From NCBI GenBank assembly GCA_902510965.1, contig CABXDM010000002.1, positions 7,120-71,119 on the forward strand: a DNA stretch of 64,000 nucleotides, written 5' to 3'. Source of the stretch: an uncultured Candidatus Actinomarina sp. (GTDB taxonomy: Bacteria; Actinomycetota; Acidimicrobiia; Actinomarinales; Actinomarinaceae). The position numbers were made by a program, and so were the translations under genes. Shown here piece by piece: positions 54,837 through 64,000 of this stretch (position 1 is the stretch's first letter; every line of letters starts with the position of its first letter). The notes beneath the pieces were generated by a model that was not told where the DNA came from, did no database searches, and worked only from the letters and a program-made list of their open reading frames with translations.

Positions 54837-57265
54837 CCTACGTAATTTATTATCTTATCTTGTACAAAAATTACTTTTTTATAGTCTTTAACAACTAGTT
54901 TGAAATTCTCAAAACATAATTGTTCAATCTCTGTTTGCTGTAATCCCCTAGAAGCTTCTATGGCATGTTTCTTCTTGCCATTAACTTGAACTACTAACTC
55001 ATATGTTGGGTTTTTTATTTTTTCTTTATTTACTGATGGCCAATTATGTTCTGTAATTTCTGTGTTAAAATTTCTCTGAAAGATTTCTGATGATATATGT
55101 GGGGCAAATGGATTTAATAATAAACATACATTTTGTAATGTTGATTTTTTTACTTCAGAGGAAATTACTTTGTTGTTCTTTATGTAATCAGTAATTTGAT
55201 TATTGATTTTCATTAGGTCAGACACCGCTGTATTGAATTCAAATTTTTCGAGGTGCTTGGTTACTGAATCAATAGTTTGGTTTAAATAAATTTCTAATTT
55301 TTCTTCATCGCTATTTTTTGAATCAATCTCTTCTAGTTCTGAGATTGTCTCAAGGTTATCCCATAACTTAAACAAGAATCTCCTCGTGCCCTCTATTCCT
55401 CCATCGTTCCATTCAACTCCGTCACTTGGTGGGGCCATAAATAGAATGTACAGTCTTAAAGCATCAGCACCGTGACTTTTAAAATAACCTTCTGGATCAA
55501 CTATGTTTCCTTTTGATTTTGACATTTTTGATCCCTTAAAATTAATCATGCCTTGTGAGAAAAGATTCTCGAAAGGTTCATTAACTTTCACCATGTCCAG
55601 ATCTCTTAGTGCTTTAACAAAAAAGCGGGAATAAAGTAAGTGTAAAATAGCATGCTCAACTCCTCCAATATATTGGTCTACAGGAAGCCAATTATTTATA
55701 TGCTCTTCATTAAATGGCTTTTCTGAATTTTTAGGGTCTAGGTATCTCATAAAATACCATGATGAATCAACAAAAGTATCCATAGTATCTGTTTCTCTTG
55801 TTGCCGGGTTGCCGCATTCAGGACAATTTACGTTAACGAAACTCTCACTTTTAGACAAAGGTGAACCATCTGTGTTCAAATAATCATCAATTTCAGGAAG
55901 TTTGACCGGTAAGTTTTCAATATTTTCAGCAACAAGTCCACACTTGTTACAATTTACTAAAGGTATTGGGCAGCCCCAATATCTTTGTCTACTGATTAGC
56001 CAATCTCTAAGTCTATAAGTTGTTTTCGCAGAACCTATGTTACTCTCTGTCAATTTTTTAATAATCTGAGAAGAGGCTTCCTCATGGGAATTTAGTCCAT
56101 CAAAGTTATCTGAATTAACTAACTCTCCATGTCCTGTATAAGCTTCTAATTCAATATCTCCTTCTTTATTGGGATCCTTAATCACCTGTTTAATCTCAAT
56201 ATTATACTTTTTAGCAAAATCATAATCTCTTTGATCGTGGCCAGGAACTGCCATTATTGCACCGGTACCATAGTTGATTAAAACATAGTCTGCAATCCAC
56301 AGTGGTATTGATTCATTAGTGAGTGGATTAATAACAAACAACCCTGTGTCAACCCCTGTCTTCTCTTTAGTAATAGACATTCTCTCAAATTCAGACTTTG
56401 AGGAGGCTGAAGAAATATAATTTTTAATATTTTCCTGATTTTTAGATAGATCAAGGATATTTTTCATTAATTTGTGTTCTGGAGATATTACAGCAAAGGT
56501 CATACCGAATAACGTATCAGGTCTGGTGGTAAACACTTCTATGGATATATCACTATCTATTACTTCAAGATTAAATTGTGCTCCAACAGATTTTCCAATC
56601 CAGTTTTTCTGCATTGATTTAACATTTTCTGGCCAATCTCCAATATCATTAAGTCCACTCAGAAGTTCTTCAGAGTATTTTGAAATACTTAAAAACCACT
56701 GATTAAGATTTTTCTGAGTGACAATTGCATCACACCTATCACAATTTCCTTCGATAACTTGTTCATTAGCTAGAACCGTCTTACAAGAGGTGCACCAATT
56801 GACCGGAGCATCTTTTTTATAGGCTAAATCATTGTTGAAAAGTTGTATGAATAAATATTGAGTCCACTTGTAGTATTCCTCTGTATGTGCAGCAACTTCT
56901 CTATCCCAGTCATATAACGACCCAAGTCTAATTATCTGATCTTTCATGTTTTTCATTCTGTCTTCAGTAAATTTCTTAGGATGTATACCTGTTTTAATTG
57001 CTGCATTTTCGGCAGGAAGGCCAAAAGAATCCCAACCCATTGGTGAGAGTACGTTATAGCCAATTAGTTTTTTATATCGCGTAATCACGTCACCAATTGT
57101 GTAGTTTCTTATATGCCCCATGTGCAAATCTCCAGAGGGATATGGATACATACATAAATTATAAAACTTTGGCTTTTGTGAATTTAAATCACATTTACCA
57201 AGATTTGAATTAGCCCAGTTACTTTGCCATTTTTTTTCAAATTCTGAAAATTTATAATCACTCAC
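54833..57265 (-). CDS. leuS: Leucine--tRNA ligase
   Basis: 'YPYPSGDLHMGHIRNYTIGDV' (HIGH), 'KMSKSKGN' (KMSKS), CP1 editing domain, 810 aa. Confidence 0.9.
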   Translation of the reverse strand: MSDYKFSEFEKKWQSNWANSNLGKCDLNSQKPKFYNLCMYPYPSGDLHMGHIRNYTIGDVITRYKKLIGYNVLSPMGWDSFGLPAENAAIKTGIHPKKFTEDRMKNMKDQIIRLGSLYDWDREVAAHTEEYYKWTQYLFIQLFNNDLAYKKDAPVNWCTSCKTVLANEQVIEGNCDRCDAIVTQKNLNQWFLSISKYSEELLSGLNDIGDWPENVKSMQKNWIGKSVGAQFNLEVIDSDISIEVFTTRPDTLFGMTFAVISPEHKLMKNILDLSKNQENIKNYISSASSKSEFERMSITKEKTGVDTGLFVINPLTNESIPLWIADYVLINYGTGAIMAVPGHDQRDYDFAKKYNIEIKQVIKDPNKEGDIELEAYTGHGELVNSDNFDGLNSHEEASSQIIKKLTESNIGSAKTTYRLRDWLISRQRYWGCPIPLVNCNKCGLVAENIENLPVKLPEIDDYLNTDGSPLSKSESFVNVNCPECGNPATRETDTMDTFVDSSWYFMRYLDPKNSEKPFNEEHINNWLPVDQYIGGVEHAILHLLYSRFFVKALRDLDMVKVNEPFENLFSQGMINFKGSKMSKSKGNIVDPEGYFKSHGADALRLYILFMAPPSDGVEWNDGGIEGTRRFLFKLWDNLETISELEEIDSKNSDEEKLEIYLNQTIDSVTKHLEKFEFNTAVSDLMKINNQITDYIKNNKVISSEVKKSTLQNVCLLLNPFAPHISSEIFQRNFNTEITEHNWPSVNKEKIKNPTYELVVQVNGKKKHAIEASRGLQQTEIEQLCFENFKLVVKDYKKVIFVQDKIINYVG

Positions 57266-58355
57266 TTTGGTAAACCTTTTCTATCATTGGAAAAATTATT
57301 TCTGCACTAGATTTTTTAACCATTTGTTCAATATTAAACAATTTTGATTTTATTTTTTTGTTATCTCTTCTTAAATCTTCAATGGCTTCAATTAAAGAAG
57401 TCAACAGTTCTTCATTATTTTTAAATAAGTAACCACTATCTTTTGTAAGGTAGGTATTCATTGGAAGTACGTCTCTAGTTATACATACTTTTGAAAAACT
57501 CATTGCCTCAAGTAACACGAGTCCTAAACCCTCTGAAAATGAAGGAAAAACAAATAAATCGACAGAATCATAAAATATTTTTCTATTTGAAACATAGCCA
57601 AGATATTTAATTTTTTTATAACTTTCTTCATTTGAGATTGATTTTAAGTATTCAAGGTATGCTGGTTCTGAATATCCTCCTATTGTGAGTGTGAGGTTTG
57701 TAGTTTCAAGTTTATTAAAAGCTAAAAGTAATTCTTCAATGCCCTTATTTTTATTAAGCCTTCCTAGAAAGCCAATTGAAATATCTTCTCCAAATGTATT
57801 TGATGAATTTAAGTTGCTTTGATCAACCCAGTAAGGAATAGCTGTAGGTCTAATTTTTTTATTTAGATCAACAATCCAATCACTAACTGCATCTGAGATC
57901 GCTATGACTGCATCAGCTTTTTCCCAGTATCTAGCTAACAAGTGCATAAATCTTTTCTTTATAGTATTAGATATTTTTGTACTTTCTAAGTATGTATCGT
58001 ATTTACCATGAACACTAACTATCCATCTAAAAGAAGTATTAAATTTTCGAACGACGTATAACATAAAGTCACTTCTCGGTTGGTGAGAGTGAATAACCTG
58101 ATATTTATTTGTTTTAATGTGAGAATAAAGCCTGAAGTATGACGAGATATTGAACATTCTTGGCCCATTAAGCCTTTTAATTCGAATTTGTAAATTTTTG
58201 AATTCTTCTTCAAGAGACATTATATTCTCTCTGTCAGATCCAATTACGACTAATTCCACCTCATAGCTTTTGAGTGTTTGTTGATGTACTAAATCAAATA
58301 AATGTGTTTCTGCGCCTCCCCTATTAAGTGTATTTATTACATGACATACTTTCAT
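57258..58355 (-). CDS. Glycosyltransferase family 4
   Basis: Trimmed start 'MKVCHVINTLNRGGAETHLFDLV' is a typical GT4 N-terminus. C-terminal 'PSFSEGLGLVLLEAMSFSKVCI' (E-x7-E). Confidence 0.6.
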   Translation of the reverse strand: MKVCHVINTLNRGGAETHLFDLVHQQTLKSYEVELVVIGSDRENIMSLEEEFKNLQIRIKRLNGPRMFNISSYFRLYSHIKTNKYQVIHSHQPRSDFMLYVVRKFNTSFRWIVSVHGKYDTYLESTKISNTIKKRFMHLLARYWEKADAVIAISDAVSDWIVDLNKKIRPTAIPYWVDQSNLNSSNTFGEDISIGFLGRLNKNKGIEELLLAFNKLETTNLTLTIGGYSEPAYLEYLKSISNEESYKKIKYLGYVSNRKIFYDSVDLFVFPSFSEGLGLVLLEAMSFSKVCITRDVLPMNTYLTKDSGYLFKNNEELLTSLIEAIEDLRRDNKKIKSKLFNIEQMVKKSSAEIIFPMIEKVYQSE

Positions 58356-58362
58356 AATCAAA

Positions 58363-59028
58363 TTAGATTCTAGGAGAAATCCATGTTGACTTTGGAGGAA
58401 ATAAATAATTCTCCTTATAAAATTCGACAAGCTGAATTGGTGTAAAGTTTATAATCAAATCATCGACGTTAACCATATCGTTAGGAATTGGAATAATGAA
58501 ATCGTGATTTATTAGTTTTCTTTTAAAATCATACAATTCATATATACTTTCTATTTTTATATTTGAATATTTACAATCTTCAATCTCTATAAAATATTTG
58601 GAAAAAGAAGATGGTTTAAAATTACTTGCAAAAAGATGATCTATAAATGTCTTTTTATCTACATTTATTTTGGAATTATATGATTGGACTGTAACATCTT
58701 GGTTCGAGATTAGAACTACAGGTATGGAATAGTCATAATTATATAGATTAAGGTGTTCAAACCGATGGTGTCCATCTAATAGTGTTAACTTCTTTATTTC
58801 TTTGGAACCATTTAAGATATTAGTAAGATCTCGATCTGCTACTGTGGAAAAAACTAGTGGTGGAAAAGATTTAACAGTCTCTAAATCTCTAACCTGTTCA
58901 AATTTGTCTTGAGTTTCTTCGTGTAATATTATCTCAACATCTTTTTCTGATGAGAAATTAATGGAAGTTATGATTCCACTGACCTCAGAATTTTTAAAGT
59001 TATATTTTTCAAAGTTATTGATTATCAT
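58363..59028 (-). CDS. Hypothetical protein with DGHHR motif (ParB/Sulfiredoxin-fold-like)
   Basis: 221 aa. 'KKLTLLDGHHRFEHL' resembles the (D/G)GxHR nucleotide-binding motif of ParB/Srx/DndB-type domains. Translationally coupled to serC (ATGA overlap). Confidence 0.3.
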   Translation of the reverse strand: MIINNFEKYNFKNSEVSGIITSINFSSEKDVEIILHEETQDKFEQVRDLETVKSFPPLVFSTVADRDLTNILNGSKEIKKLTLLDGHHRFEHLNLYNYDYSIPVVLISNQDVTVQSYNSKINVDKKTFIDHLFASNFKPSSFSKYFIEIEDCKYSNIKIESIYELYDFKRKLINHDFIIPIPNDMVNVDDLIINFTPIQLVEFYKENYLFPPKSTWISPRI

Positions 59029-60089
59029 AATTTTTGAAAAAAAGAATTCATGAATCCTAGTAAATAATCTAATGAAGGCCTGTCAATAGAGTTATATAAA
59101 CTAATCCTAACCCCACCCACACTACGATGGCCTTTTATGCCTATGATGCCATGGTCTAGAGATTCCTTAATAAAAGCTTGTTCATTCTTTTCATTATTAA
59201 AATTAAAAACAATATTCATCCGACTCCTTAAAGAATTTTCAACTGGCAAGGTAACGTAGTCATCGTATCTTTCAAGTAATGCATAGACATCAGATGAGTA
59301 CTCAATTGATTGCCTTTCAAAATAATTTATACCACCCATAGTTAACATCCAATCAGTAACAAGGTTTAAGACATATATTGCAAAAGTTGGTGGAGTATTT
59401 AAAAGAGAGTCTTTATTAATCAATTTATATAAATTAAGATACGTGGGATTATCATTTTTTTCGATAAAGTCATCCCTAACAACCGAAATAGTTACCCCAG
59501 GTATACCCAAGTTCTTTTGTGCGCCAGCATAAAGATACGCTACGTTATCCCAATCGAATATATAAGATCCTATATCAGAAGAGCTATCAATTATTAAATC
59601 ATTTTCTATCTTATTAAAGTTATTTATCTGAATTCCTTCAATTGTTTCATTTGAAGTAATATGCATATAATCAGTATTTTGAATGTCATCTGGCAGTGGT
59701 TGATTTAAGAACTCTAAGATTTGATTATTTTCTAATAAAATTTTTTTTGAATCTCTAATTTGAATAAAGTCTTCATAAGTTTTTTGACCCCAGGTTCCTG
59801 TAATCAAATTTGATGTTGATTTCTTTTGGTTTATGTTGTTTCCCAAAAAAGTATTTTGAAATGTTGCTCCTCCTTGAAGGAATAAAATCTGATAGTTTGA
59901 AGGTATCTTTAATAATTCTATTAAATTCTTTTTTGTTGTTTCTAGAATTTTTTCAAAACTATCGCTCCTATGAGAGATTTCTAAAATAGATATCCCTTCT
60001 TCTTGATATTCTATAATATTTTTATTAACTATCTCTAATACAGAATTATTTAATTTCGCCGGTCCCGGAGAGAAGTTATATTTGATCAT
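59025..60089 (-). CDS. serC: Phosphoserine aminotransferase (class V aminotransferase, SerC-type)
   Basis: 'YNFSPGPAKLNNSVL', 'LEISHRSDSF' and 'SNYQILFLQGGATFQ' parallel E. coli SerC 'FNFSSGPAMLP...MEVSHRGKEF...SNYKVLFCHGGGRGQ' (from memory). Confidence 0.75.
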   Translation of the reverse strand: MIKYNFSPGPAKLNNSVLEIVNKNIIEYQEEGISILEISHRSDSFEKILETTKKNLIELLKIPSNYQILFLQGGATFQNTFLGNNINQKKSTSNLITGTWGQKTYEDFIQIRDSKKILLENNQILEFLNQPLPDDIQNTDYMHITSNETIEGIQINNFNKIENDLIIDSSSDIGSYIFDWDNVAYLYAGAQKNLGIPGVTISVVRDDFIEKNDNPTYLNLYKLINKDSLLNTPPTFAIYVLNLVTDWMLTMGGINYFERQSIEYSSDVYALLERYDDYVTLPVENSLRSRMNIVFNFNNEKNEQAFIKESLDHGIIGIKGHRSVGGVRISLYNSIDRPSLDYLLGFMNSFFQKL

Positions 60090-61417
60090 TATCCATTACT
60101 TTTATCTTTAAGAATCATGTTATACCCAGCACCAATAATTAGAGCAGAAAAAGTATTAAATTCTTCAATTGGAGTTATGGAAAAAAATAATAAAATGCAA
60201 AGAAATATATAAAAATTTAAATCTTTCTTCTCGGTAATCCAAAGATTCATAAAAATAACAAATAATACGGCTACAAATGGTGCACCTAGAGCCAGTGCAT
60301 TATTCACAAAAAGGTTCTGTACATTTGGAGAGTACTTTAATAATGAATAGTTTCCTGTACCGAAGTTCTTTGCTTCAAATCTTTTTAATAAATAGTTTGG
60401 TAGTGACCTATTAGTAAAATACATTTCTTGTTGGATTTCTTGAGAAAGATAATTACTAAAACCAGAATTTATATTTGTTATTCCCTGTGGAGATAAGGAC
60501 TTAAATGAAAAAATAAAATAGTCTACTACATTACTCCTATCGCTACCAATAGCAAGTGTTTCTCCAATATCAGAAAATATGACTGCCTCTATAGAAGAAG
60601 ACTTAATATTAGAAGTTATACAATCTTCACTTTGTGGATTTAGATCACATTCTTTAATTCCTATCAAAGAAAATAATAAAATAAGTAATATTGGATAGAT
60701 AGCTTGGTGGATTATTTTTCTTTTGAAATAATTGATTATCAAAACAAGTAAAAGAACGAAGCAATAAATCCTTACTAAATCACTACGCGTTAAGCCGATT
60801 GCTAAAGAAGTAACAATAACAGTAACAATGTTGAACTTTTCAGCACTAAATAGATACAGAAGATATAAGGGAAGCAACATAGAAGAAAGTAATACTGGTT
60901 CTCTGAATGAGCCCATTGCTCTATGGGGCTCATATTGCCAGAAAGTAGTTTGTAATGAATCTCCTAATAATCCCGTATTAGACCTATTTCTAATAACCTC
61001 AGGCAAGTCATAAATTTGTGCAAAGTAAACATATATTGCGTATATAGAGAAAATTAGAATAAGTTTTTGTAATAGATTTAAAAAATTCTCATTGCTGTTT
61101 GATTTAAAATATCCCATTGCAAAATGAATAACTACTAAAAAAGAGGCAATATTGAATAGCCTAAGTAGTAAGTTTTGATCAAATCCATCAATTCCTAATG
61201 GGATTAAGTCGATAAAAGATGGCGCTAAAAATAGAGCCAAAAGGAAGTACAAATTAAAGTTTAGGAGGATTTTATAATCTCTCATAATCGCAATAGTAAA
61301 AATTGCTACTAAACCTACCCAGGAAACAGGTATTCCCAACACAGAATAAGAATCTAAGCCATAACAAAATAGTGATAATAGTAATAATAAATCAGTTACT
61401 TTGTTTTTTGTTAGCAT
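60089..61417 (-). CDS. Polytopic membrane protein, Wzy/O-antigen-ligase-like
   Basis: 442 aa with ~11 TM helices and a mid-protein loop of ~90 aa. Adjacent to a MOP flippase and a GT4. Confidence 0.4.
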   Translation of the reverse strand: MLTKNKVTDLLLLLSLFCYGLDSYSVLGIPVSWVGLVAIFTIAIMRDYKILLNFNLYFLLALFLAPSFIDLIPLGIDGFDQNLLLRLFNIASFLVVIHFAMGYFKSNSNENFLNLLQKLILIFSIYAIYVYFAQIYDLPEVIRNRSNTGLLGDSLQTTFWQYEPHRAMGSFREPVLLSSMLLPLYLLYLFSAEKFNIVTVIVTSLAIGLTRSDLVRIYCFVLLLVLIINYFKRKIIHQAIYPILLILLFSLIGIKECDLNPQSEDCITSNIKSSSIEAVIFSDIGETLAIGSDRSNVVDYFIFSFKSLSPQGITNINSGFSNYLSQEIQQEMYFTNRSLPNYLLKRFEAKNFGTGNYSLLKYSPNVQNLFVNNALALGAPFVAVLFVIFMNLWITEKKDLNFYIFLCILLFFSITPIEEFNTFSALIIGAGYNMILKDKSNG

Positions 61418-61466
61418 AAGGTAATCATAATTAAAGTTTTTTTAATTGAGGCAATCTTTATTTTTA

Positions 61467-62687
61467 TTAGGCTAATTTATTTTTATAAATAACATATTCA
61501 AATATTTTTTGCAGAATCATTGAGATACTCAAAGAGAGTGCAATGCCATTAAATCCATTTGCAGAACCTAGTAGAAATGATAATGAAATAAATGTGAACG
61601 AATACAGAATTTTTCCATATGTGTGGAACTTTATTAGTTTATTAAAAAGTAGATACTGCCTTATCCAGAAAGTGAGCAGGTAGCATATATAACCTATTAG
61701 AAGAATGAGCATCGGCTCATATGAAGGGTTAAATTCTTCTGAACCAATCAACTTTATGACAGTTCTACCTAAAACTACATAAAAAACAGTTACTGTAACA
61801 ACAAGTGGAAATAGGAATTTTTTTAAGAATGATTGGATGGGAAAACTATTGTCATGGCTCAACTTACTTTGTAACCATGGGTTAAAAATTGAAATTATAT
61901 AATTTATTGGCTCAATTAATCTTTTTGCAAATCTATATATTCCTACTGCTGAATAATCACTAATAATAGACACAACAATTACGTCAAAATGTTGAGGAAT
62001 AATACCAATAATTTGATTGAATCTTATATCTTTAAAAATCGGATAAATTGATTTAAGATAATTTTTAAAACCCTTGAAATTAAATTCATTTATTTTGAGA
62101 CTTTTTCTAACCAGTAAAATACTCGCTGTTCCGTAAAAAGTTGAATAAATAGTCTGCCCTAAAATATAGTTTTCCACAGTGGGTGAATTTGATATAAGCA
62201 CTACTATTGCCAGAAATCTTATACCTACTGATAAAGACTCTAAAATTGAGAATTTCCTTAATTTTCCCTGTTTAATCAACCAAGCTTTGGAACTCTCTGA
62301 AAATGTTTGAATTATCCGTGAAGCTAGAAATACAACTATATAAGAATCGAGAGTCTCAATACCAAAATAACTACTGATAGGTAAATTTAAGGTAATCATA
62401 CAGATCAAGAATGCAAAAAATCCAATCAGTAAGTCGAATAAATAAGAATAGCCTACTAGTGAGTCCTGCTTGATTGATACCAAGGTTACATCACTATTTT
62501 TAGAATGTAGAGCTCGGAAAACAAGAGTTGGTAGGGTTACCATTAGTGTTACAATTCCATAATTTTCTACACCTAATATTTTTACAACTAAGGAAACTTG
62601 TAATAAAGACACTAAAGCAATAAAAAACTGAGAAAGGACTAGCTCTTTAGTTTGACTCAGAATCTCTTTTATAAATGATATATTCAT
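61467..62687 (-). CDS. MOP-superfamily polysaccharide flippase (Wzx-like)
   Basis: ~12-14 TM helices. Start trimmed to 'MNISFIKEIL', because the ORF-track N-terminus (MACRGSGVQIPSAPL) is just the complement of tRNA-Ala. Confidence 0.55.
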   Translation of the reverse strand: MNISFIKEILSQTKELVLSQFFIALVSLLQVSLVVKILGVENYGIVTLMVTLPTLVFRALHSKNSDVTLVSIKQDSLVGYSYLFDLLIGFFAFLICMITLNLPISSYFGIETLDSYIVVFLASRIIQTFSESSKAWLIKQGKLRKFSILESLSVGIRFLAIVVLISNSPTVENYILGQTIYSTFYGTASILLVRKSLKINEFNFKGFKNYLKSIYPIFKDIRFNQIIGIIPQHFDVIVVSIISDYSAVGIYRFAKRLIEPINYIISIFNPWLQSKLSHDNSFPIQSFLKKFLFPLVVTVTVFYVVLGRTVIKLIGSEEFNPSYEPMLILLIGYICYLLTFWIRQYLLFNKLIKFHTYGKILYSFTFISLSFLLGSANGFNGIALSLSISMILQKIFEYVIYKNKLA

Positions 62688-62696
62688 TATTGTAAG

Positions 62697-62769
62697 TGGA
62701 GCTGAGGGGATTTGAACCCCTGACCCCCTGCATGCCATGCAGGTGCTCTGCCAGCTGAGCTACAGCCCC
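62697..62769 (-). tRNA. tRNA-Ala (anticodon GGC)
   Basis: Cloverleaf: acceptor GGGGCUG/CAGCUCC with the G3:U70 alanine identity pair, anticodon arm CCUGC-AUGGCAU-GCAGG (GGC), T-arm AGGGG-UUCAAAU-CCCCU, discriminator A. Confidence 0.85.
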
Positions 62770-62783
62770 TAACAATTGGAATT

Positions 62784-63155
62784 TTAACCATATTGGTTCA
62801 CTAAATTACTATCAAAGTATAAATCTTCAATTGAATAGTAATCTCGTGCCTCTTCTGTAAAGATATGTAAAGATATGCCATTTGACTGTAATAGTATCCA
62901 TGATGAATTAATACCCTCAGAAAGTGCTTCTAACCCAAGAGATTTAATGTGCTTAATTATTTTTGTTAGTGCAGAATTCATTTGAGTATTAGAAGTTGCA
63001 GTGGAAATAATGACATGATCACTATAAATATCCAATTTAGGTTTATAAATTTTAATATCTTTAATATTTTGAATTAAAAGAATGTCAACTAGCGAATTAG
63101 TGAGGTTAGATTTATTTTCATTTATTTTTTTTGTCACTAATAAATATATTACCAT
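62784..63155 (-). CDS. rsfS: Ribosomal silencing factor RsfS (Iojap/DUF143)
   Basis: 123 aa. '...SSWILLQSNGISLHIFTEEARDYYSIEDLY' parallels the RsfS C-terminal 'W.L.D.G.VVVH.F..E.R.FY.LE.LW'. Confidence 0.6.
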   Translation of the reverse strand: MVIYLLVTKKINENKSNLTNSLVDILLIQNIKDIKIYKPKLDIYSDHVIISTATSNTQMNSALTKIIKHIKSLGLEALSEGINSSWILLQSNGISLHIFTEEARDYYSIEDLYFDSNLVNQYG

Positions 63156-63194
63156 GTAATAAATAATGGCACTATCCTTAATGTTGAGGCTAAC

Positions 63195-64000
63195 TTGAAA
63201 AAAATAATCATTATTGGCGCAGGAGAAGTTGGTAGTTTTTTAGCAACTAAACTTTCCGGCGAACAACATGACGTAACTCTAATAGAAGAAAATGTTAACA
63301 AAGTAGAAGAACTCAACTCTACATTAGACGCATTAGTCATTCAGGGAAATGGTGGAAGTCCTAGTTCGCTAATCCAAGGTGGTGCTGAAGAAGCTGATTT
63401 AATTATTGCGGTAACTGATAACGAAAATGTAAATATGTTAAGTTGCTATTTAGCAAAAAATATGGGGACTAAAAAATCTTTTGCTAGAGTGCAAGATAGT
63501 TCTATGAAAAATGAACTAGAAGAATTAAAAATTGACCAAATAATTGACCCTTCTGATTCTGCTTGTGACGAGATAGAAAAATTATTATCTAGAGCAGGTA
63601 TCTATGATATTCATGAATTTGGAGATGGTAAACTTCTATCAATCGGTGGAGTCATTTCGGAATCCTCTCCTTTATTGAATAGTAAACTCAGTAACATCCA
63701 TGAATTTGGTGGAAGAGAAAATTGGCTTGTAACTGCTTTTGTTCGAGATAATGAATCCAGCCTAGCTAATGGAGATACTGAACTCGCAGAAAATGATCAT
63801 GTTAAACTAATCGTTAAAAATGGTGATATTCAAACTGCATTGTCTCTTCTGGGAATTGAAGAAAAAAAAGAATTAAGAAAAGTTATCATAATTGGTGCCT
63901 CAAGAGCTGCAGAATTATTAGCACAGAGATTATATAAAAAATATGATGTTGTTGTCATTGATGACAACGAAAAAGATTGTAATAGGATAGCTGAAAATAA
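63195..64000 (+). CDS. trkA: Potassium uptake protein TrkA (NAD-binding), 3'-partial
   Basis: TTG start, then 'KKIIIIGAGEVGSFLATKLSGEQHDVTLIEEN' (Rossmann GxGxxG) and a second KTN repeat starting 'KVIIIGASRAAELLAQRLYKKYDVVVIDDN'. Runs off the window end. Confidence 0.7.
   Translation, partial: MKKIIIIGAGEVGSFLATKLSGEQHDVTLIEENVNKVEELNSTLDALVIQGNGGSPSSLIQGGAEEADLIIAVTDNENVNMLSCYLAKNMGTKKSFARVQDSSMKNELEELKIDQIIDPSDSACDEIEKLLSRAGIYDIHEFGDGKLLSIGGVISESSPLLNSKLSNIHEFGGRENWLVTAFVRDNESSLANGDTELAENDHVKLIVKNGDIQTALSLLGIEEKKELRKVIIIGASRAAELLAQRLYKKYDVVVIDDNEKDCNRIAEN

Noticed and set aside
59025-60089. Reassigning serC as a sugar aminotransferase (DegT/ArnB type) because of the glycan context
   Set aside because: The N-terminal 'NFSPGPAKL' and 'LEISHRSDSF' are specific to the SerC class-V family, not the DegT family. 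The unusual context is kept as a finding rather than a re-annotation.
62688-62738. N-terminal extension 'MACRGSGVQIPSAPLTI' of the flippase ORF (ORF track start 62738)
   Set aside because: These codons are simply the reverse-strand reading of the tRNA-Ala gene (62697-62769). The real start was trimmed to MNISFIKEIL at 62687.
63149-63340. 63-aa minus-strand ORF
   Set aside because: It lies entirely within the rsfS end / trkA start region on the opposite strand of the well-supported trkA N-terminus (GAGEVGSF Rossmann motif). Spurious antisense ORF.
1-64000. CRISPR arrays, IS elements/transposases, integrases, prophage genes, toxin–antitoxin pairs
   Set aside because: I looked for regularly spaced direct repeats, DDE/tyrosine-recombinase motifs and small paired ORFs, especially around the three tRNAs and island borders. 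None was found by eye.

Overview
This 64-kb window is AT-rich, gene-dense (~60 CDS, 3 tRNAs, 1 RNase P RNA) and looks like a streamlined bacterial chromosome. Operon architecture and synteny point to a low-GC Actinobacteria-like lineage; this is inference, not a database result.

Synteny evidence: a nif3–COG1579 zinc-ribbon–rnhA operon, convergent rpsT / holA-like genes next to lepA, the alpha2-type GlyRS, an MMPL transporter, an LCP ligase and an F420-type LLM oxidoreductase.

Left part (1-13.9 kb): the tail of a System-I cytochrome c maturation operon (ccmF-ccmH-ccmI-like-ccmG), a type-A RNase P RNA (rnpB), an F420-type LLM oxidoreductase plus TauE/SafE exporter, rnhA/COG1579/nif3, an MMPL transporter, a secreted M15 peptidase-domain protein, and PEP carboxylase.

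Middle (13.9-43.4 kb): a ~29.5-kb mosaic cell-surface glycan biosynthesis island, bounded by ppc on the left and tRNA-Met(CAT) / SCP2 / tRNA-Asn on the right. It includes:
- nucleotide-sugar enzymes for UDP-ManNAcA, UDP-GlcA/GalA/Xyl and 6-deoxyhexose-type sugars;
- 8 GT4-like glycosyltransferases;
- two different initiating phosphoglycosyltransferases (a small PglC-like PGT and a polytopic WecA/MraY-like enzyme);
- a Wzx flippase and several Wzy/O-antigen-ligase-like polytopic proteins, one carrying a large extracytoplasmic insertion;
- an AsnB-type amidotransferase, a heparinase II/III-like protein and an LCP wall-ligase.

Right part (43.4-64 kb): conserved housekeeping genes (dnaG, glyQS, uppS, ybeY, pgpH-like 7TMR-HD, phoH, HIT, rsmE, lepA, rpsT, holA-like, leuS). 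These are followed by a second small glycan module (GT4, a DGHHR ParB/Srx-like protein, serC, a Wzy-like protein, a MOP flippase), then tRNA-Ala(GGC), rsfS and the start of trkA.

No CRISPR array, transposase or integrase was seen.
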